A stretch of 64,000 bases of DNA, from the NCBI GenBank assembly GCA_034434635.1, contig DAOTYX010000202.1, positions 11,829-75,828 of the forward strand, written 5' to 3'. The DNA comes from Anaerolineae bacterium (lineage in GTDB: Bacteria > Chloroflexota > Anaerolineae > B4-G1 > DUEL01). The notes beneath the pieces are model-generated. The model worked only from the letters and a program-made list of their open reading frames with translations, had not been told where the DNA came from and ran no database searches. Below are positions 57,816-64,000 of the stretch, piece after piece. A program made the translations under genes and the position numbers. Each line of letters opens with the position of its first letter. Position 1 is the first letter of the stretch.

Positions 57816-60214
57816 ACGGCTGGCAGTCGGTGCTCGACCTGTTGAGCGGCGGGCCAGGTGCCTTTGTCTACCACCTGATGGTGCTGCTGGCCCTGCTGGC
57901 AACGGCGGGCATCGCCTTCATCGAATACCGCCGCGCCCGCAACCCCGACCAACAGCGTATCGCCTGGGCCTTCTTGGTGCTGTTCCTGGTACGCGCCCTG
58001 CTCCTGATGACCAGCCCGGCACAGGCTGATTCCCTGACTGGCGGCGTGTCACTGGTCAACCTGTCTCTGCCCGTCCTGGCCGGCGCACTGGAGGTGGTCA
58101 GCCTGGCTGTGATGTGGTGGGCTTTCCTGACCCCGTTGGTGGGCAGGCGGGGCGGCCGGTTGTTTCTGTTCGGTACCCTCGGACTGGCGGCGGTCGTTGT
58201 GGCCGTCTTCATTCCCCTGTGGTCCCGCGCACTACGCCAGGGCACGACCGCGGGTTACAGCGCGTCCTGGCAATACTCCGCCTGGACTGCCTGGGTGACC
58301 CTGATCGCCCTTTCCGCTGCGCTCGTGTTGTTCCTCGGCCGGCGGCGTGTCGAGTACGACCTGCCGACGATCTCCTTCGCTATGCTGGCCGGTGGGGGTG
58401 GCCTGGTCCTGTTCGGCCAGATAGGGGCAGGGCGGGTGGTCAGCCTGATCGCCTATTCGCTGCTGGTGGTCGCGGTGTACCGGACCGCGCTGCAGGACCT
58501 CTACGCCTACCGGCGGGAACTGGAGACGCTGAGCGAAGAGTCCCTGCGGCAGACCCGCGAACTGTTGTTTCTGCTCGAGGTGGGCCGGGCGGTGGGGGAA
58601 TCGCTGGAATTGGACGCCATGCTGCACAACGTGGCGGCCAGCGTGGCCAACGCGCTCGATGCGGATCGCTCGGCGGTTTTCCTGGCGGGCGAAGAAGAGG
58701 AATCGCTGTGGCTGGCGGCGCAGTATGTCCCGCTGCAGCGGGCGGGGACCCGGCACGAGGCGCAGCCGGTCTCACTGAGCGATCAGCCGTTGCTGGAGCA
58801 CGTCTTGCGGCGACGGAAGCAGATGCTCGTCAGCCCGCAATCCAGCCCTTCCCGGCTGCGCCCGCTCTATGACCTGCTTGGCAGCCATGAAGAGGGACCT
58901 TTGATTGTGCAGCCACTGCTCCTGAAGCAGCGCGTGCTGGGGGTGCTGGTGGTCGGCAATGACCGAAGCAAGCGCCCATTCGATGCGGGGGAGGCGCGGC
59001 TGTGTGACGCTGCCGCCCCGCAGATCGCCGCAGCGATCGAGAACGCCCGTCTCTATAGCCGCGTCGAGCAACAGGCTGCTCGGCTGACTGCGGCGTTGCA
59101 GGCTCAGCAGGAGGAGGCCAGTCGCCGCGAGGCGATCCTGGAGAGCACTGCTGAGGGGATCATTGTCACCGATGCCGGGGGGCAGGTGGCGCTGATGAAC
59201 GCCGCGGCGGAGCGGGTGCTTGGGGTCGAACGGAGCCAGGTGTTAGGCCATCCCCTGCAGCCGCTGCTGGAGGCCGTGGCTATTGACCGTGAGGTGAATC
59301 TGGAACGTCTGCAGCAGGCCGCGCTGCCGGTCCACCTGACCTTCGAGTTGCAGGGCCGGCAGGTGGAGGTCAGCGCGGCGCCGGTCCGTGCAGCCGACGG
59401 CACTTTCCTGGGGATGGTAGCCGTGCTGAGGGATGTGACCAGGGAGGTCCAGGCGGAGCGGGCGAAGCGGGAGTTCATTGCTGTCATCTCCCACGAACTG
59501 CGCACTCCGCTCACGGCCATCCTGGGCTACGCCGAGGTCCTCTACGCGGGCACGGCTGGTGACCTGAACCCCACTCAGTCCCGATTTGTCACCACCATCC
59601 ACGACAACGCCCGTCGGCTGGTCAGTCTGGCGAATAACCTGATCGCCCTTTCGGAGGGGGATCGTGGGCGGCTGGAGTTGCAGTACGCGCCCACCGATCT
59701 GGCGTTCATCATCGGTGATGTGGCCAGAGGCTTTGCCGCGCGGATGGAGGCGGCGCAGTTGGAGTGCACGGTGGAGGTGGAACGCGACCTGCCGTTGATC
59801 GAGGCTGACCCGGAGCGCATCCGCCAGATTCTGGTGAACCTGGTCAGCAATGCCATGAAGTACACTTTCCCTGGCGGCCGGGTGACCATCGGCGCGGGGG
59901 CGATGCCGGTGGCGGAGGGCGGCGAGCCGGAGTACTGCCGGCTGTGGGTCAGCGACACAGGCGTGGGCATCGCGCCGGACAAGCAGCAGGTTATCTGGGA
60001 GCGCTTTTCTCGCGGCGACGGGCCGGTGAGGGAAGAGGGGAGTGGCCTGGGCCTGGGGTTGACGATCGTCAAGTCGCTCGCCGAGGCCCATGGGGGCCGG
60101 GTGTGGGTCGAATCGGCCCCTGGTCAGGGCAGCACCTTCACCGTGCTTCTGCCGGTGCGCCGTCCCGCCCCGTCGCTGCTGGAGGGGGAGCCCGCTTACC
60201 CGGCGCTGGCGTGA
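57812..60214 (+). CDS. membrane sensor histidine kinase (7TM N-domain, GAF, PAS, HisKA, HATPase_c)
   Basis: GTG start overlapping the upstream stop (GTGA); about 230-aa multi-TM N-terminus; GAF-like region; PAS (ILESTAEGIIVTDAGGQV); HisKA (SHELRTPLTAILGYAEVL); HATPase G-boxes (DTGVGI, GSGLGLGLTIV). Confidence 0.8.
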   Translation: MNGWQSVLDLLSGGPGAFVYHLMVLLALLATAGIAFIEYRRARNPDQQRIAWAFLVLFLVRALLLMTSPAQADSLTGGVSLVNLSLPVLAGALEVVSLAVMWWAFLTPLVGRRGGRLFLFGTLGLAAVVVAVFIPLWSRALRQGTTAGYSASWQYSAWTAWVTLIALSAALVLFLGRRRVEYDLPTISFAMLAGGGGLVLFGQIGAGRVVSLIAYSLLVVAVYRTALQDLYAYRRELETLSEESLRQTRELLFLLEVGRAVGESLELDAMLHNVAASVANALDADRSAVFLAGEEEESLWLAAQYVPLQRAGTRHEAQPVSLSDQPLLEHVLRRRKQMLVSPQSSPSRLRPLYDLLGSHEEGPLIVQPLLLKQRVLGVLVVGNDRSKRPFDAGEARLCDAAAPQIAAAIENARLYSRVEQQAARLTAALQAQQEEASRREAILESTAEGIIVTDAGGQVALMNAAAERVLGVERSQVLGHPLQPLLEAVAIDREVNLERLQQAALPVHLTFELQGRQVEVSAAPVRAADGTFLGMVAVLRDVTREVQAERAKREFIAVISHELRTPLTAILGYAEVLYAGTAGDLNPTQSRFVTTIHDNARRLVSLANNLIALSEGDRGRLELQYAPTDLAFIIGDVARGFAARMEAAQLECTVEVERDLPLIEADPERIRQILVNLVSNAMKYTFPGGRVTIGAGAMPVAEGGEPEYCRLWVSDTGVGIAPDKQQVIWERFSRGDGPVREEGSGLGLGLTIVKSLAEAHGGRVWVESAPGQGSTFTVLLPVRRPAPSLLEGEPAYPALA

Positions 60215-60227
60215 CGCCCCCATCGCG

Positions 60228-60273
60228 GAACCTGAAACCCTGAAACCTGGAACCCCAAAGCCTGAAACCCTCG
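60228..60273. repeat. CCTGAAAC tandem repeat
   Basis: gaacctgaaaccctgaaacctggaaccccaaagcctgaaaccctcg in the spacer between the second and third kinase genes. Same unit as the in-frame repeat inside yyaL. Confidence 0.8.
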
Positions 60274-60326
60274 CGGGGTGACTTTCCCGACCAGAGCCCA
60301 ATGAACGGAGAACAGGAGGAGAAGGG

Positions 60327-62960
60327 ATGGATACGGTGCGGGAAGTGTTGAGCGCCTTGCTTCTCGCGCCTGGTGATCTGTACTACCACCTCGCGCTGCT
60401 GTTCACATTGCAGGTCCTGGTTGCGGTGGCCTGGGGCTACCATCAACGTCAGCGGGACGAGGGCGGAGCCTGGCAGGTGCTGGCAGCGGCAGTGGGCATG
60501 CTGCTCACCCGTGTGGTGCTGATCGGCGGCAGCGCCGTGGCCGGTGCTGGCGCCTTGCCCGCGGCTGCGCTGCTGCCTCCGCTGGAACGCTTCCTCGATC
60601 TGACGTTGCTGATCCTGACCCTGTGGGGTTTCCTTCCCCTCCTTCGTGACCACGTGCGGTTGGGCGCAGCCTGGCTGGCCGTGGGACTGCTTGGGGCAGG
60701 GCTGGCCTATGCCTCTTTCGCCGCCATCTGGCCGACGCTGGAGGCGGCAGGGCTGGCCTACAACGGCTACTGGCAGTCCCTGGTGTGGGACATCGCTGGC
60801 GTGGCCCTGGCTGCGCTGGGTCTCCTGCTCCTGCTCATCTGGTCACGGCCAGGCGTGGGGTTGCTGGCGGCGGCGCTCCTGGCCTGGCTGGGCGGGTACC
60901 TCTTTCAACTCCTGGCGCCACCTTTCTCCCCGCACCTGGCGGCGGCGGTGCGACTGGCGAACCTGATGGCGGTCCCGCTGGTGACCGCGCTGGCCTTCCG
61001 CGAGGCGCTGCGCACTCCTGCTCCTCAGGCCGTTGCCCCTCCCGCGCCGACCGTCTCCGGTGACCTGCGTCCCCTGCTTGACCTGGCACGAAGGGTTGAG
61101 GTGGCGGCGGACCCGGAGGCGGTGCTCGCCTCCGTCCTGCCCAATCTGGCGGGCTTCCTGGGGGCGGATTTCCTGACCGCGGGCCTGTTGACCGGCCGCG
61201 CCGGTTCTGAACTGCGCATCGTGGCGGTCCATCCCGCCCGCAATGACAGCAGTCCCCCCTCCTTTACCCTCTCGCTCAAGACCTGCCCGCCGCTGAACTC
61301 TGCCGCCCGTTCGCGCCGGTCGCAATTGATTGATGACCTGGCCACCGAACCGGGCCTGACCGCGTTGATGGGCCAACTGGGTTTTCCCCAGGGGGGACCG
61401 CTCCTCTGCGAACCGCTTGTCAGCGGGAGAGAGACGCTGGGGTTGCTGCTCCTGCCCGGGAACGGTCGTCCGATCTCCGAGGATCAACAGGAGGGAGCGC
61501 GCGCGGCGGCGGCGCTGCTGGGCGGAGCGGTGGCCAGCGCCTTCGCCCGCCGCGTGCTCCAGCAGCAGGTCGCCGACCTGACGGCAGCACTCCAGGCGCA
61601 GGAGGGGTACAAGGAACGCACCGCAGCCGCACAGGCGGAATCCGAACAGGCCCGCCGTGACTCCCAGGAGTTCGCCCGCCGGGTGACCGAACTGGAAGAG
61701 GAACTGGCCCGCCAGCGCCGCCACAGCGAGGAACTGGCGGAACTGCTCCGCCTGCGCGAGGAGCAGGCCCAGCAGGGGGCCGCTGCCGCTATCTATGAGG
61801 GGGAGATGAAGAGCCTGGCTGAGACCTGTGAGCGGTTGCAAAGCCAGGTGGAAGAGTGGCGGCAGCGGAGCGAGGAGTGGGAGCAGGAACGGGAGCACCT
61901 GCTGGAGCAGTTGCGCGTCGCCGGGGGGCAGGAGGAGCCTGTGGAGACTGCGGCGGCGAACGGCGTGCTGGTCGCCGACGAGCGGGGCAACATCGTCATG
62001 GCCGATAGCGGCGCCCAGTCCATCCTCAAACAGCGCGAGCGCGACCTGCTCGGCGTGCCGCTGCACGGCCTGCTTCCTGACCCGGTCTGGGCGCAGGCGG
62101 TGGGTGAGCTGCTCTCCGGAGCCCCAGGCGGGGATGAGGGGACCGCGGTGACCTTCGAACGTGGCGGACGGGTGGGGCGCGCGCGCATGCGCCGCCTGTC
62201 CGTCAGCGGGGGAGCGCCTGCGGGATATGTCGTGATGCTCTACGCCGATCAGGAGCAGGACGACCGGGGAGAGGTACTCTCCGGCCTGGCCAACGAGTTG
62301 CGCACGCCGATGACTTCCATCGTGGGCTACACCGACCTGCTGCTCAGCGAGTCGGCGGGCATCCTGGGGGAGATGCAACGCAAATTCATGCAGCGGGTGA
62401 AGGCCAATGTCGAGCGCATGGGCAGCCTGCTCAACGACCTCATTGACCTGGCCACCACGGGCGGGACGCGCATCGAACTGAGCGCCGAGCCGGTTGACCT
62501 GATCTCGGTGATCGAGGAGGCCATCGTCGGCCTCTCGGCCCGTTTCCGGGAGCGCAACCTGACCGTCCGGCTCGACCTGCCGCTCCAGTTGCCGCCGGTG
62601 CGGGCGGATCGGGATGCGCTGTACCAGATCATGCTCCACCTGCTCTCCAACGCCGGCCAGTGCTCGCGACAGGGGACAGAGGTGGTCGTCACTGGCCATC
62701 TGGAGAAGGCGGAGGGATTGCCTCCGTACCTGCGCATCTCCGTCGCGGATACCGGCGGCGGCATCGCCCCTGAGGATCATCCGCGGGTCTTCCAGCGTTT
62801 CTACCGCGCCGATAGCCCGCTCATCGCCGGGCTGGGGGAGACGGGGGTTGGCATGGCCATCGCCAAGGCGTTGGTGGAGGCGCACGGCGGGCGCATCTGG
62901 GTAGAGAGTGAGATGGGGGTCGGCAGCACCTTCAGTTTCATCATGCCGGTCAGCGAATAG
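60327..62960 (+). CDS. membrane sensor histidine kinase (7TM N-domain, GAF, coiled coil, PAS, HisKA, HATPase_c)
   Basis: Paralogous multi-TM N-terminus; long Glu/Arg/Gln-rich coiled coil; PAS; HisKA ([18 protein letters not shown]); HATPase ([16 protein letters not shown]); 877 aa. Confidence 0.8.
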   Translation: MDTVREVLSALLLAPGDLYYHLALLFTLQVLVAVAWGYHQRQRDEGGAWQVLAAAVGMLLTRVVLIGGSAVAGAGALPAAALLPPLERFLDLTLLILTLWGFLPLLRDHVRLGAAWLAVGLLGAGLAYASFAAIWPTLEAAGLAYNGYWQSLVWDIAGVALAALGLLLLLIWSRPGVGLLAAALLAWLGGYLFQLLAPPFSPHLAAAVRLANLMAVPLVTALAFREALRTPAPQAVAPPAPTVSGDLRPLLDLARRVEVAADPEAVLASVLPNLAGFLGADFLTAGLLTGRAGSELRIVAVHPARNDSSPPSFTLSLKTCPPLNSAARSRRSQLIDDLATEPGLTALMGQLGFPQGGPLLCEPLVSGRETLGLLLLPGNGRPISEDQQEGARAAAALLGGAVASAFARRVLQQQVADLTAALQAQEGYKERTAAAQAESEQARRDSQEFARRVTELEEELARQRRHSEELAELLRLREEQAQQGAAAAIYEGEMKSLAETCERLQSQVEEWRQRSEEWEQEREHLLEQLRVAGGQEEPVETAAANGVLVADERGNIVMADSGAQSILKQRERDLLGVPLHGLLPDPVWAQAVGELLSGAPGGDEGTAVTFERGGRVGRARMRRLSVSGGAPAGYVVMLYADQEQDDRGEVLSGLANELRTPMTSIVGYTDLLLSESAGILGEMQRKFMQRVKANVERMGSLLNDLIDLATTGGTRIELSAEPVDLISVIEEAIVGLSARFRERNLTVRLDLPLQLPPVRADRDALYQIMLHLLSNAGQCSRQGTEVVVTGHLEKAEGLPPYLRISVADTGGGIAPEDHPRVFQRFYRADSPLIAGLGETGVGMAIAKALVEAHGGRIWVESEMGVGSTFSFIMPVSE

Positions 62961-62970
62961 GAGAGGGGAG

Positions 62971-63936
62971 ATGGGCCGGGCAGGCGAGGCATCAGCAGCA
63001 AGGGGTGGACTGCGCACCCTGGCGGTGGGTGCGGTGCTCTTCGTGGGGGCCGCTGCGTTGCTGCTGGGCAGCCTGTGGCTGGTCGCCACCGAGCGGCTGA
63101 TGAGCCTGCCACCGGTCTCGCCCGTTGCGCAGGTGACGCCGCTTCCCACGCCGCCGGTCACGGTCAAGGCCACGCTACTGCCCCCGCCCACGGCCACCGT
63201 CCCGCCTACCCCCTCCCCCACGGGGGCGGCGACCGTTGTTCCGATGGCGCCCTTTTCCCCCACGCCCACCGTCGGCGCGGCTCTCTACCCCACCTGCCCC
63301 CCGCCTGCCGGCTGGCGAGCCTATTGGGTGCAGCCTGGTGACACGCTCTACTCCCTGGCGTGGCGCGCCGGCACGTCCGTCTTCGTGCTGATGCAGGCCA
63401 ACTGTCTGGATAGTGAGATATTGCTGGCTGGCCGCATCATCTATCTGCCGCCCTCTTTCTTTGCCACCCCCACGGCTGTGCCCTGCGGCCCGCCGCCGGG
63501 TTGGGTGCTCTACACCGTCTCCGCCGGCGACACGCTGTACAACCTGGCTTTGCGCACAGGCACCACCATCGAGGCCATCCGGCGGGCCAACTGCATGCTG
63601 GGGTACGTGCTCTACGTCGGCCAGCCGCTCTACCTGCCGACCTATCCGGCGCCCCTCTCGCCGATCCCCTCCTGGACGCCGGAGGTGCCCACCTTCACTC
63701 CCACGCCGACGCCGACGGAGACCCTGATGCCGACGGAAACGCCCACACCCGTCCCCTCGTTCACGCCGACGGAGACGCCCATCCCGACGGCGACCCCCGC
63801 GCCCACAGAGACGCCTCCGCCGACGGAGACGCCTTCGCCCACGCTGCCCCTGCCCTTCTACCCCACCGAGACACCCACGCCACAGAGTGCTCCGCTGGGG
63901 TCTGATTCCTTGCAACTACCCTCTTCCCCCTCTTGA
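62971..63936 (+). CDS. membrane-anchored protein with PT-rich linkers and two LysM domains
   Basis: ATG after a GGAGAGGGGAG RBS, 10 nt past the kinase stop; TM (LAVGAVLFVGAAALLLGSLWLV); LysM repeats (YWVQPGDTLYSLAWRAGTSVFVLMQANCL; YTVSAGDTLYNLALRTGTTIEAIRRANCM); long TPTPTETP tail. Confidence 0.65.
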   Translation: MGRAGEASAARGGLRTLAVGAVLFVGAAALLLGSLWLVATERLMSLPPVSPVAQVTPLPTPPVTVKATLLPPPTATVPPTPSPTGAATVVPMAPFSPTPTVGAALYPTCPPPAGWRAYWVQPGDTLYSLAWRAGTSVFVLMQANCLDSEILLAGRIIYLPPSFFATPTAVPCGPPPGWVLYTVSAGDTLYNLALRTGTTIEAIRRANCMLGYVLYVGQPLYLPTYPAPLSPIPSWTPEVPTFTPTPTPTETLMPTETPTPVPSFTPTETPIPTATPAPTETPPPTETPSPTLPLPFYPTETPTPQSAPLGSDSLQLPSSPS

Positions 63937-64000
63937 CTTGGCTGCCCAACTTTCTATAATAGTATCAGGGTATCCTCTCCCTATTGCCTTCTGCTTCTCC

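Noticed and set aside
60843-63269. 808-aa minus-strand ORF
   Set aside because: Antisense to the third histidine kinase and the LysM gene. No domains.

Overview
This is a high-GC (about 67%) bacterial chromosomal window, gene-dense on both strands. Most of it is core housekeeping: a CIRCE-controlled hrcA-grpE-dnaK-dnaJ-prmA heat-shock operon, secD/secF, recJ, ftsK, rsmA, the CCA-adding enzyme, sigA, a GH13 glycosidase, yyaL, and an ABC-2 (GldA/F/G-like) transporter. Between these sit lineage-specific genes: secreted or lipoprotein genes with Pro/Thr-rich linkers, a PA14x4-LTD protein, LysM and 3D-domain wall proteins, three sensor kinases and a 7TM-GAF-HTH regulator. The gene content, PT-linkers and well-formed TTGACA-N16/17-TAnnnT promoters are consistent with a Chloroflexota-like organism, but this is an inference. 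I found no rRNA, tRNA, transposase, phage gene or CRISPR array.

The items most worth a second look:
- (a) A roughly 180-nt structured leader resembling a ydaO-type c-di-AMP riboswitch upstream of a DUF348-G5-3D wall protein.
- (b) A three-gene minus-strand operon: an OB-fold (BOF/YgiW-like) repeat lipoprotein, a Cache-HAMP membrane protein with no output domain, and a Zn-ribbon/TM/4xOB-fold protein.
- (c) A six-gene translationally coupled operon: RseP, HEAT-repeat protein, MA-type Zn peptidase, PflX-like radical SAM, acylphosphatase and a CBM-like membrane protein.
- (d) A family of short (7-8 bp) intergenic tandem repeats that run into CDS termini and, in one case, sit in-frame inside a gene.
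- (e) A roughly 110-aa module shared by an M23 peptidase and a neighbouring CBM-domain protein.

All protein-family calls are from motif recognition by eye. None has been confirmed by a database search.
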